Made by a program: the position numbers and the translations under genes. The notes under the pieces are model-generated. The model was given only the letters and a program-made list of their open reading frames with translations. It was not told the origin of the DNA and searched no databases. A stretch of DNA of 64,000 bases from Leidyana gryllorum EB-2025a (lineage: Eukaryota; Protista; Apicomplexa), in the NCBI GenBank assembly GCA_048772705.1, contig JBLWGC010000213.1:1-64000 (forward strand), given 5' to 3'. This document shows positions 33,409 through 45,275 of the stretch, one piece after another. How positions within the stretch are numbered: position 1 is the first letter of the stretch; each line of letters begins with the position of its first letter.

Positions 33409-34491
33409 TCAAAGCTGCGTGAGAGCGAAGCCCCGGGCAACTGAAGACCGCAAAGAATCTAATACCTCATGCAGTTGAGTCTCCAAGTACCGGGGGGAGT
33501 ATAGCCCCGACTTTAGCAGTCGACCAACTTCTGGAAGGCGTAAAGCTCTGGTTAACATTCTCCAGCCTCGGCGAATGTGGCCAGAGGACGCCCCCCCACC
33601 ATCTTCTTCATCGCTGGAGGCATCTCCACCATCAATATCCACAATCGTTTCTTTGATCCTCCGAGCGGCTCTCCGCATCTTGACCGACGCCGACTCGACC
33701 AGCTGTCGACTGGCGCACCTTACCACAGCGAAGTGTCGAGATACAGTGGGGTCGTGTCTGTAGCACCCCCGGGGCGACAGCGAAGTGGTGAATATGAACT
33801 CACAGGCCGATAGTGCAACAGGTGGCAATCTTCCGATCAACTCTAAGACATCTTTCATATGGGCGTCTGTGAGAACCTCGAATCGATCATAGATGCCAAA
33901 GGCTTCGGCAAACATATTGTCCATTTTAGACTCGTTCCCGATGGCAGTGCTCGCCCTTAAAACACGTTTCGGTCCGCGGCCGTCTTCGGCAGCCGCGTCC
34001 TCAGTGGTTGTAATTGGCCGACCCGGCGCTGATCTCGGGAGTGACGAGTGGATCACTCTTCGACGAACGCGGCAGAGATTGGAGTTGGGAGTGGAATCAC
34101 TGCTGGCGGTCGAACATGTTGAGCTGCGCGGCGAAGCATCTGTGAAGTGGGAAGGTGGCTGCAATGAGGGTGCTGGTAGATTCTCTTCTGCCAGCGCGGG
34201 TATTAGTACAGTAACATCAGCCAATGGATGGTAGGATTCCTCCTCGTCCGGGAGATCGTACTCAGTGCAATACCAATACGTCTCAACCTTTCTGAGCACG
34301 AATTGAACAAAATGCTCAATCAGAGGAGGATTGCTGTCATCTGCTCCTTCTGTCGCCCATTTCACACCGAACTGGAGAATGGGGTACCATTCATCTGTTT
34401 CGGCGCGGCATTGGTGACACCGTAGTGCGGGTGCCCGGGATACAACCTTCACTCGGGCATATGGACTCTCTGTACCCTCTGAGAACGTCAT
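33409..34491 (-). CDS. Hypothetical protein, 360 aa
   Basis: Long open frame; ATG 34491 lies next to the CAAAATTTG motif. Confidence 0.7.
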   Translation of the reverse strand: MTFSEGTESPYARVKVVSRAPALRCHQCRAETDEWYPILQFGVKWATEGADDSNPPLIEHFVQFVLRKVETYWYCTEYDLPDEEESYHPLADVTVLIPALAEENLPAPSLQPPSHFTDASPRSSTCSTASSDSTPNSNLCRVRRRVIHSSLPRSAPGRPITTTEDAAAEDGRGPKRVLRASTAIGNESKMDNMFAEAFGIYDRFEVLTDAHMKDVLELIGRLPPVALSACEFIFTTSLSPRGCYRHDPTVSRHFAVVRCASRQLVESASVKMRRAARRIKETIVDIDGGDASSDEEDGGGASSGHIRRGWRMLTRALRLPEVGRLLKSGLYSPRYLETQLHEVLDSLRSSVARGFALTQL

Positions 34492-34500
34492 AACATCGTT

Positions 34501-34509
34501 CAAAATTTG
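34501..34509. promoter_or_regulatory. Candidate bidirectional core promoter CAAAATTTG
   Basis: In the 20-nt spacer between divergent ATGs at 34491 and 34512. Confidence 0.6.
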
Positions 34510-34511
34510 CG

Positions 34512-37087
34512 ATGGACTACCGAACCGATACCTGTGACTATGTTCAGAAAGTAGCTTCAGTCTCAGTGCGGTCACTTGGTGCCCTAACGAGTCTACTCCA
34601 ACTGCTGAGTCAGGATGCTACTACCCGTGCTACAGAATATGCGACGCAAATTGAGACTGCATACAACGAACTCATATCAGAGCTGGGACTGGACACCCAC
34701 GATCCCGACTACGTTCGAATAGCCTATATCCTATCCCAACGCTCGTCGTCCCTCCATGCCGCCGGGGCTCCCTCCTCCCCCGTAGATCATTGCCAACGTC
34801 TCGTATCAGACTACTTCCGACTGCCTTCACTGAGAGCACTGGCCGAGGAAGCCTGGCTAATCAACCTGGAGTATGAGCAGCAGGTCGAAGAGGAGGAAAT
34901 AGAGGACGCTATGGGGTCCGATGGTCGGAGCAGAAAAAGAAATCGCGCTGCCTTTGACGCTGTCACCCCCACCGCTCCCCTGGCTGGTGCCAGTTTCAGG
35001 TAAGAAGAATCATGAGCGCCGATCTCCTATTCACCGGCACCAAACGTAGTCAACTGGTCCCCAATGAGAATATTAATGTTATCAACGCGCCGCCTGTCAG
35101 TCCGGCGCCCAAACCGTCCGACCAACAGGGCAGCGATGAGGTCGCATATCAGTTCAGGATGACCCCTCGTCTTGCCTCCGCAATGGCAACCTTCGAGCGG
35201 GAATTCAATGGTGATTTTCATTCAGCTGCGGAACAGCAGCCCTCTCCGCCTGCCAATGGCGATATGCCCAATGTCTCTTTGAATCGCCTCACCTTTGGAG
35301 GCGATGACGCCACCCCGCTTCTGCCCGCCCGACCAGATCAACAGCATCTCACCGAAGAGGAGGAGGAGGAGGAGGAGGAGGAGGTCACTGCCGAAGATCA
35401 CCTCCTCCTCGACTCAGATCCCGACGACCGCGCCCAACGACAGCTCCCCAACACCGTCGGCAGATCCGATCAACCAGCTTTGGCCACAATCTATGACGAT
35501 GAAGAAGACCTCCAGAGCGCAGACGACGGTGAGTCCGAACACGAAGAAGAAGAAGAAGGATTCGAGTCCTCTGCTGAGGACCTCGACGACCAGGAAGAAG
35601 ACGAAGAGGGCGAAGACTCGCGTCTGGGAGTCCTGCCGGAACACGGCGAAGAAGAAGAAGAGGGCAGCAGCAGCGACGACGACGAGGAACCCCTCGAAAC
35701 CGTCCTGAATGCTGGAGGAGTGTCCGATGAGAGCAGTGACAGTGAGGAGGAAGACGAGTCTTCCGGGGAACTGGAAGCCTCAGATTCCGAATATCAATGC
35801 GAGTCTCGGAGCCAATCGTTCCGAGATGAGGATTACACAGAGTCGGAAGGAATGGGCAGTCCGAGTGGCGACAAACAGTTAGGCACTATGATGCAGGAAC
35901 CCAAAATGAAAGCTCGGGACGCCTACGAGACCACCACTCGCTCGGAGACGGCACCCGAGCCGATGGCGTACACTGACGATCCGAGCCACTTTAACGAGAC
36001 ACCGGTCCGAACGGCGGCTAACCCTCCGGTCCATACGCCCGGACCCCCCGTACACTCCAGTTTCTTCGCCTCCTCGCTGGCGACTGCAGCTGCGTTGGTC
36101 AACAAGGCTCGAGTGGTGCCGGCTGCTACTCCTCGCCTGCCACAGCCTCCGTCAGCCAGTCGGATTCCGACAGGGCCTCAGGAAGGTGCCGAGCCGATCG
36201 CCCCGATCAGAGTGGTGACTCCTTTGGCTAAGCTGCAAGAAGCGCTGCGATTCGGACACTCAAAGCCAGCGGCGCCGCCAGTGCCTCGGCCGCCGCAGAC
36301 AGCTTCCTCTGGAATCCCATCAGGGGCGCCGTCTCCGATAAAGAAGAAGTCGCCTGCACCTGTCACTTTGCAGCAGCTGCCTTCCCCCCCAATGATACGC
36401 ACACCCGCAGCATACAATAAGGAAAACGTCCATCCCTCAAACGTGCGGTGTTATCACCGGTCCTTGCGACCGTTGCCTCCGCCCAACAGGGCAGACTCGC
36501 TGGATATGTCTGATGCCCATGTGTATCGATCGAAGAACGGACAGCCGACTCCGCTGTGGGCTCGGGGGTCCGACTGGAGAGAACAAGTCATCAAACAGAA
36601 GGACTGGAATCCCCATTCCGTGTTCGGATATGGTGTTCGACACATTCAGTACAGAGGTGAGGCGGCGGTTGCAACAAGGGTGTGGTCACTTGGGTGACTT
36701 TGAGTGACTCTGGGTGACTCTGGGTGACTCTGGGTGACTTTGGTGACTTTCCTCCTCCGAGCAGATGTGTTTCAAACGCCCGATATACGTCGGGCTCAAG
36801 GTGAAGACGGTCTGAGGGATGCTGGCAACGGACTCACTATCCGGGCGCGGAACTGGGAAGCAGATAGGAAGGCTTGCGGTTTCTTGGAGCACGAAGCGTA
36901 AGTGAGAGTGTTGGTAGGCTATCTGGTTCGCGTTTGGTGTTGCAGGATGACGGAGGAGCAACTGCGATTTATGGTGAGTCAACTGAGTAAGAAGAAGGAC
37001 ATTTCGGACCGCGTGTATACCTCCAAATGGGAATTGTGCACTCCCGAGTGCCGTCACGACTGCAGTCGGAATCAGGTGAGCTTTTAA
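34512..37087 (+). CDS. INCENP: INCENP-like protein (C-terminal IN-box / Aurora-binding motif)
   Basis: PLWARGSDWREQVIKQKDWNPHSVFG fits the IN-box P.WA..Q..P..IF pattern; acidic and Pro-rich middle; introns 35000-35050, ~36657-36764, ~36899-36946. Confidence 0.65.
36691..36750 (+). repeat. Intronic minisatellite, 10-nt unit TGGGTGACTY, ~6 copies
   Basis: tgggtgactt tgagtgactc tgggtgactc tgggtgactc tgggtgactt tggtgacttt. Confidence 0.9.
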
Positions 37088-37191
37088 TGGGAACGGAGGC
37101 TACCGATACTGTGCTGTCAGCCTTGGTTGAAAGTGGAAAGGATAGAACCCTCATAGTATAGATAGCTCAAATTTTGAGGGCCCGCCTCGTC

Positions 37192-38871
37192 ATGACGGAC
37201 AAAGAAACCCAGCAGAAGGTGCTCCTCAATTATCTGGCATCTGCATTCGACGGTGGGGCGGACAAAGTCAGCACAACTGATGTTGCTCGTGAGTTGTCAT
37301 GGCCACACGACCAAGTGGTTGGCATCATGAAGTCATTGGAAATGATGTTCAAGATACACACTGAACAGGCCGTAACTGTATCGTGGAAACTGTTACCCGC
37401 CGGAGAGGAAACTGTCGCCAGCGGTTCTCCAGAATGGAGGCTTCTGAGTGAGATAAAGTCTCGAGGCGAGGAGGGTCTTCCCCTCAGTGAGCTCAAAGCT
37501 GCGACGGAGGAATGGCGAAAAGCGGGTCAAAACGTTTGTTTGAAGAATCGGTGGGCCACCAGCGCCAATGGGAAGCTCTGCGCTGCCGATTCGCTCCCAA
37601 GCGAAGACTTGGTGCAGTCGCAAATGCGACAAATCAAGGAACTCGGAGGAGATGAGACAAAGTTGGCAGAGCTCCACAACATTACGGCAGCGGACCTCGC
37701 AGCACTCAGCAAGAGAAAGATGCTTCAGAAAGTCTCAAACACATTCTTCTATATGAAGAAATCTGACACATTCAGCACTGACATTGTCAAACTCAACACT
37801 GATCTTAACCAACAGTTGCTCCAGACTGGCAACTGGAAGACTGCAAGTGAGTCATAAGCCATCGTCACACTTTCTTCTCAACCCACTCCCCCAACAGAGT
37901 TCAAACCTTATAATTGGAACGCCGCTGGAGTTGTTCCCAGAAACGGGTCCACTCATCCACTCATCAACACTCTCAACATGTTCCGAAACATTCTCGTCGA
38001 AATGGGTTTCTCGGAAATGCCAACGAGAGTGAGTCCTTCTTCGTTCAATAAACAAAGCGTCAATCTCCTTCCGTTATGCAGCGTTGGGTGGAGTCGTGTT
38101 TCTGGAACTTTGACGCACTCTTCCAGCCTCAAACGCACCCCGTTCGAGACGCCCATGACACCTTCTTCCTCAAGGTGAGTTGCTCGCTGGCTCGCTAATC
38201 TGCCCCCCCCACAGAAACCCACGTGCCACGAGGCACCCACAGATAACAGCGGGAAGCTCCCCCGTGACTATTTCGATCGCGTCAAGAATATCCATGAAGT
38301 CGGAGATGGGGAGTCCTTGGGGTGGCAGTGCGAGTGGAAAGAAGAGGAAGCGTGCAAACTCATCATGAGGACTCACACCACTGCCATCAGCTCCCAAATG
38401 TTGAGAGAACTGGGACGCGTCTATGAGGAGACCGGAGTCTTCACTCCCAAGAAATTCTTCTCTATTGACAGAGTCTTCCGTAATGAGACTCTCGATGCAA
38501 CCCATCTGGCTGAGTTCCATCAAGTTGAGGGAGTAATCGCTGATCGGGGGGCGTCATTGGCCTCCTTGATGGGCTTCATCGCCGCATTCTACGAGAAAAT
38601 AGGAATCACCCAACTCAAGTTCAAGCCTGCCTACAACCCCTACACGGAACCCAGCATGGAAATCTTTGGCTACCATCCTCTACTGAAGAAATGGACAGAA
38701 ATCGGAAATTCTGGTGTCTTCCGTCCAGAAATGTTGCGTCCAATGGGATTACCAGCAGACGTTAATGTCCTGGGATGGGGACTCAGTCTCGAACGGCCAA
38801 CTATGATCAGCCAGGGTGTACGTGACATTAGAGAATTGTTCGGGCCTAAAGCCAAACTAAACGTTTTCTGA
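37192..38871 (+). CDS. FARSA: Cytosolic phenylalanyl-tRNA synthetase alpha subunit
   Basis: [59 protein letters not shown]; three introns. Confidence 0.95.
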
Positions 38872-38930
38872 CAACATAGTTGAACCACTCAATCATCATA
38901 GCGCACTCTCAGATTTTTTTCGGACGCAAG

Positions 38931-40384
38931 ATGAGTGCCAATCCACCAGAGTCCTCTGATGTCAGCCCTCCCTTAGCCAAACATGCCGCTTTCTGGGAGG
39001 AAGAGAAGGAATCGCCGCTGCTCAGGAGAAATGGGGGATTCGCGTCACTCCAAAACGCTGAAGAGTTGTGCGCCAGAGCTCAACGTTGGATCGATTTAAT
39101 TCCGCCTTCCAAACGTAGAAGATATGCCGCCCGTGCCCAACGTCTCCGCACACACGCGCGCGATGCCGCCATGGATCGGTAAGTGGGTCTTTATCGCCAA
39201 CTTTGATACGCTCAGATGAATCTTTCACCAGTCTGTTCGTCATGGATGCTGAACGCACGTTCGTCAGTCCGGAGAATCGCCATCATCACGTGTTGATGCT
39301 CAATACTGTATTCCGATACATCAAGCAGTACCAGCAAGGTCTGGGATTCTGCGTTGCCTTCCTGCAGTTGTTCTTGAACACCGAAGACACCATCACACTG
39401 GTTCATTACATGAATAAAAACTTGTTGAGGGGATACTTCCACTTCGAGAATGAGCCATATGTTCGTGATGCCTTGGTGTTCGAGCGTCTCCTTGCTCAAA
39501 GAGACCCGGAACTCGCTGCTCATCTGGACAAGTGCAATGTTGCTTGGTCTGGTATCTGCTCCAAGTGGTGGGTGGGCATGAACCTCCACGTACTGCCCTT
39601 TGAAGCAATCTTCCGGTGGTATGAGTTAGCGCTGGCCCGCGGAGTACCTGCACTCTTCCAGTACGGCTTCTCCCTCTGCCAACGCAATCGCGACTTGTTA
39701 TTGAGTTACACTTCTGTTGTGCAAGCGGCAGAGTGTCTCCGGTTCGAAGGCCGCTTGTGGCACCCTGACAGACGACGGGACGAGAAGTTGGAGGATTCTG
39801 TGGTTCCTGCTGATCGCGACGGCTCCTATTATGTGGACATAGTGGAGCACCTCCAATCTCAATCCATCACAATGGACGATATTAATGAGATTCGGCGTGA
39901 AGTCGAGGTGTTCAGAAGAGAGGAGGCTGCCAAGAGAGAGGTTAGTTAGCTCACATCTTCCTTACTATCCCATACACTTTCTTTCTCCCCTCAGGCTGCT
40001 CAGGCTGCATACTCCGACGATGATGAGATCGAGTTCAGCGACGAAGATACCGACGAAGCTCAAGGAGCGGATACCATTACACCCGGCCTCACGGAAACTG
40101 CCAAAACTGAGTGGGACAGTACCAGTGAAGAGGAGGAGCCGGAGACTGAAGAAGAAGACAATAACTCTGCTGAGAGGATCGAGGACCTCAGAGCACAGAT
40201 ATGTGAAGAGAAACCCTTCGCCGTGAAAGAGTCTAAGGACGGAGAGGAACACAAAGATGGAGAGGAAGCCAAGGATAGAGAAGACGAGCAGGCGAACGAC
40301 TTTGCGGCCCCCAAGCAAACTGATGTCTCCTCCCCAGTATTAACGACCGTGTCTGGTACATCCCCTACGGAGTCGAGACGGTGA
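38931..40384 (+). CDS. TBC-domain Rab GTPase-activating protein with acidic tail
   Basis: MDAERTF (Arg finger) and YQQG (Gln finger), DPELAAHL, KWW; two introns. Confidence 0.85.
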
Positions 40385-40939
40385 TCAATCATTCTGTCAT
40401 CGGAGGCAGGTTCAAATGCGATCGTCGCCCTCTCTCAATATAAGAGCACAAGAATGAGATCCTCTGTGTCCCCCTCCCCTTCCGACTCGGGTTGGGCTAC
40501 TGTCGCAATCACCAATCGCTCCACAATACGGTTGGCGGTCGCCTACTGGAATCCTCAGTGGCGGCTCCAGAGCTTCCCATCACGTCGAGAAAGTTTACAG
40601 TGTCTCCTCTCCTCCGTTGTCCGACCTGGATCTCAACCCTGCATTGGTTGTGGACCTTTTCAGGTCTTAATCGCCCATTTTGGTGGCAGAGAGATTGTGC
40701 CGAGTCGCACTTCTGACCGTCGGCGACATACAGTGACGAAGTGATAGGAGTAACGAACTGATGGTACGCACTGGCAGTGTGTGTGTGCCAGCTGAACTCT
40801 TAAAGGTGAGGTCCGTTTGCCGGGTGCGCTTGGAGGCTGATGTATGTGCGGAATAGGAGCTTATTCTGGACAGTTGATGAACAGGGACGCAAAGTAGAGG
40901 CACATCGATCATGTTTTGGCACTAGATAGTTCGTTTTGT

Positions 40940-43109
40940 TTATTCACATGTGGTGCTCTCGAGATCTAGATTCCTGTTCTTCGCAACACTGCTGATTGCC
41001 TCTAACTCCCGCAGAATGTCTGGAAGTCTATCCAGCTTACGTTTCTGAGCAGCATCGAGCTTCTTCTTCTGCTCTAAAGCAGCAATCTCTTCACGCAATT
41101 TGCGCGCCTTTGCTCTACGCTTTGCCAAAGCCAAGGCTTCAAGACCAGCCAATTCATCCATCAAACGGGCTGCCTTCTCTTCTTCAACCACTTTCGGATC
41201 GACAGGCGCGGGACTGGCCGGGGTGTTGGATACATCAACGGCCTTGTCAGCTGGCACGACTTCTTCCAAAGTGAACTCCATTTTGGCTGTGGGAGTTGCT
41301 GCGGCTCCTTCTACGGCTGCGGCGTCCCCTCCTTTACCCTTCTTCTTGTTCTTTTTCTTCGGAGGGGGGGATGGAACGCTTCCAGGTGGATAGTAAGTCT
41401 TTGCAGCCTGGGCTTTGGGTGCAGCTTGTCCGACCTTGATGGCCGTCAGTAATCTTGGTGGTGTAGCTGGGGCAGCTATTCCTTTGGGCTTGTACACATT
41501 CGTAACGGGAACAGTATACTTGCGGCCGGGTGACAAGGGTCTGGCAGGGAGCGTGTTGGGGCGCCAGTAGGCCTTGTAGAGTTCGGGAATCTCTCGGTTC
41601 AGCACCTGATCTCCATTGGCGCGTAAAATCCTTATACCGTTGTCAACTCGTAGCCGCGGGGTGGTGGTTGCACACAGCAACCAGTACGAATCGGGGGAAA
41701 AGAAACAATCTACAACCCAAGGTTCCTGCAGGATGCGAATATTGAGTCATTGTGGTGTGGCAGCTGCGCGACACGACTCACCTTCGCAAGCCCCACAATC
41801 TTGCCTTGGGCTACATTCCAGATATCCATCTCGCCGGGGAGGTTTCCAAACCCAGCAATGCACAAAAGCATACCGTCTGGGGAATAGAGCATAACATTGC
41901 GTCTCCCCGTATCGAAACTCAGGACTGCGTTGCCATTCTTCGCATTGAAAATCCTGAGATTGGCAGGCATCGCTCCGTAGGCCGCTGCGAACCTCTCGGG
42001 CTCGGCACGTGACCAAGCGAGGGCATGAACTGGACCTTGATCTTGCGACACCACGTTGACGACGCTCCCCGACCCACTCGTACTCATCAAAAATAGTTGG
42101 GACTTGCCATAGTAACTCTGGCCCTGATCATCAACATCCACAGAAGTTCGCGCCAAAATGTGTTCGCCAGTGATATTCCACTCCAACAGCGCTTCAGTGC
42201 ACTGGAAGATGGCTTTATGACACAAAGGTCGAATCTGCACGCAGGAGAGAAGGGCATTGTAGAAACGTCACCGCGTTTGACCTGTCACTTACCTCTCTGG
42301 CGGGTAAATGGACAGTGACCACTTTGATGACCGAGGGGCTTCCCTTGGCGAAGAAAGCGATAAGCAATTTCCCGTCCTTTCTCTGTTAGAGGAGAAGGAT
42401 GATGACACGTTCGGAAGCCCGTGAACTTACGGCAGGCGCGACCTTGAAGGCTTGGATGTTTTTCTGTTCCAGTTTGATCGGATCCATGCGCAGTATGGGT
42501 TCTGGACGCACATGGGAAGAATGTGTGGGCAACTCCAGATTGCGCAGATCGTACACATTCAGCCCAGTGCTCACAACTCTGCACGCAAAGGAGTCCTCGG
42601 CGCCAAACTGGAAGGGACAAGCTCCTTCGGCCAAAGCTTTTGCAGTGCAATGCAGTATCTGTGACAGAAACACAACATCACTAATTGACCGCCCCGCTGC
42701 GTCGCCACTTACCAGCTGCCCTGTCACTCTGTGGAATATCTCCAGGTTCTTGTGGTCAGGGGTCTTGTAATTGGAGAATACCAGCAGGAACTTGCCAGCA
42801 TCACTCCAAAACACGTTTTTCACAGGTCCAGCGCACGGAATCACGTGCGGCGCCTCTGACCAATCTTCAGCATTCCATAAGGACAATAAATGAGTCTCTC
42901 CCGTGTTGGGCCACGTGGCAACCTAAAACAGGGCAATTTCGAGATTGCTGGATTGCATTGAGACTTACGAAAGCGCCATCAGGAGACCATTCATGGGCCG
43001 CAACTGACGATATCTTGTGGAGAGTAGTCAACGTGAGACCATCGTTCCCATCGGGCCTGAGCTCGGCGACCTCTAAGCCCTCGCGGCTCAGCAGACTGAT
43101 TTGGTGCAT
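40940..43109 (-). CDS. EIF2A: Translation initiation factor eIF2A (WD-repeat type)
   Basis: SYYG, GPVHALAWS, YGAMPA, IAGFGNLPGEMDIW and ATTTPRLRVDNG motifs; several introns. Confidence 0.92.
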
Positions 43110-43131
43110 TACTCCTGCAAAAAAAGAAGGG

Positions 43132-44792
43132 ATGCAGCCACAAGTGGGGCGACCCCCCCCACCACCCGAATCTGTTGGCGGTGAAGATGGCACAGCACAG
43201 AAAGTGAAACTGATCCGCAATGACTACAACCAGCAGTTTGTGGACTCTGGAGACCTCCCGGCCAATAGTGTGCGGGAATCGGACCCTTTATGCCGGTTCA
43301 ATCAGTACCCACGATGGGCCAAACTGATACAAGCCAAAGAGACTGTTCACCAAGCAAGGGTACACCCGGCCCAGAAAGCTAAATGCGACCTGCGAACGTT
43401 CGACTTGACCTCGCTGGGATGTCAGTTCGACGTCATTCTCATCGATCCCCCTTGGGAGGAGTATGTGCGGCGAACTCCTGACGTTCCAGACGATTCCAAG
43501 CAATGGTGGACCCTGGAAGACCTCAAGGCTCTCCGGGTAAGGTGGCAGGATCTACAGTGTCAACGCATTATTGATCACAGATTGACTTATTGGCGGATAA
43601 TCCGTCTTTTGTGTTCCTATGGGCCGGAGACACACACTTGGACGATGTAAGCGGACATTACTCCCGTATTGACATTTCGGTGTAGGCACGTACGCTACTA
43701 AACCACTGGGGCTACAGGCGGTGTGAAGATATTACGTGGCTCAAGACTATGCCAACTAGGGGGAAGGTCGGAGCTCCGGCAAATGAAAGTCGGATAATGC
43801 AGTTGGCGACTCAGAATGGCCCTCCTGACAAGGACGCGGATATGAAAAGTAAGCTTGAGAGGGCCGTAGAATGGATCAAACAAGGCGACAACCCCTATTT
43901 GGGATACCAAGACGAGAACGCGGTTTTGAAAGTGAGTGATGAAAGCCAACGCGGTTATTCCTCACGTTTGTTCATCCTTCCGTAGCGAGTGAAGGAGCAC
44001 TGCCTAATGGGTCTGCGAGGATTGGTGCGAAGAAGCTTGGACGGTCATTTTGTCCATGCGAATATTGACACAGACGTAATTATAGCCGATGCTCAGCAAA
44101 GCCGTGATTCTGACGGTTTATTATCAACTGCCAAACCGATCGAGTTATATGAGATCATAGAGCGTTTCTGTCTGGGGAGACGGAAAATTGAGCTATTCGG
44201 CACAAACAGGAATGAACGTGCAGGGTGGCTGACGCTTGGATTGGATATAGATCAAACGACCTTCCAGCCCAAAGAGTATCTGAGCTGGTTCAAAAATCGT
44301 GCAGACAATGGTACATGGGAGACGTCTGGAGAAGCTGGCGGAAGACCCCCGGTGCCCTTCCAGGGCCCATATGGACCCGCATCGCTGAACCCACCCCCAC
44401 CGAGTAGCTCGGCAATGAATCGATCTGGTGGCGGTAATGCAGGATTGCCTCCAGAACAATCAATGGCACGGTAAGTGGTTGTGCGTGTGTGTGTGTGTGT
44501 GAGTGAGATCTGGTGACCGTGCGTGTGGGTTGAAAATGGTGGTGTACTGAAAAGGTGCGCAAATTATCACTTTTTCCGCAGTGAGGAGAGCCCATTAACC
44601 AACAAGAATGCTTTCCCCAACTTGACGGATTACCACGGGGGACGGTACGAAGGGAGCTCGCAAGGTGAGTATTTATTGAGTTGTGACGATGTGCGGATGG
44701 CTGATGCAGTGCTTGAGTTTTTGCGGCCGAAGAGCCCACCTAACAAACCGGCCACGGCGCCAGCTCAGAACTCTCCGGGTAATAGACAGTAG
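43132..44792 (+). CDS. METTL14: m6A methyltransferase complex subunit METTL14 (MT-A70 family)
   Basis: NDYNQQFVDSG, FDVILIDPPWEEY, KEHCLMG..RRSLDGHFVHANIDTD, IERFCLGRRKIELFG; four introns. Confidence 0.9.
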
Positions 44793-44860
44793 AGCGTTGT
44801 GTCTCATAGTCGAGTTTCTGCATTTTTGCGCTTGCCAAAAAAGTCGGGGCGACGGTGCGA

Positions 44861-45262
44861 ATGGCTTCCATAACCAAGACTAAGAAATCCGCCAGTCAGG
44901 CGAAGCCCCGTCTGTATTCTCCTGGATGTATTCTGGGCTACAAGAGGTATTTTTGACTGGGCGAGACTGGTTAATGACGCATGTTTTGTAGGTCCCGCTT
45001 GAACGTTCACCCTAACCAGGTGCTCGTCCGCATTGAGGGCTTGCAGACCCGCAAGGACACCCAGTACTACATGGGCAAGAAGGTCGCTTACATCTACAAG
45101 GCTGCCACCGAGAAGAACGGCTCTAAATTCCGCGTTGTCTGGGGCAAGGTCATCGCTGCTCATGGCAACTCCGGTGTTGTTCGCGCCAAGTTCACTAGAA
45201 ACCTCTGCGCAGACTCCTTCGCTGCCCGTGTCCGCGTGTACATGTACCCGTCCTCCATCTAA
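44861..45262 (+). CDS. RPL35A: 60S ribosomal protein L35a (eL33)
   Basis: RLY..LGYKR|S..YMGKKVAYIYKA..WGKV..HGNSGVVRAKF..YPSSI; one intron. Confidence 0.95.
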
Positions 45263-45275
45263 ACTGAGTCAGTGA

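Noticed and set aside
40385-40939. 550-nt gap with a B-box-like GGTTCAAATGC and an RNase P-like GGGAAGCTCTG on the minus strand
   Set aside because: No tRNA cloverleaf, no matching P4 3' strand and no convincing spliced ORF; left unannotated
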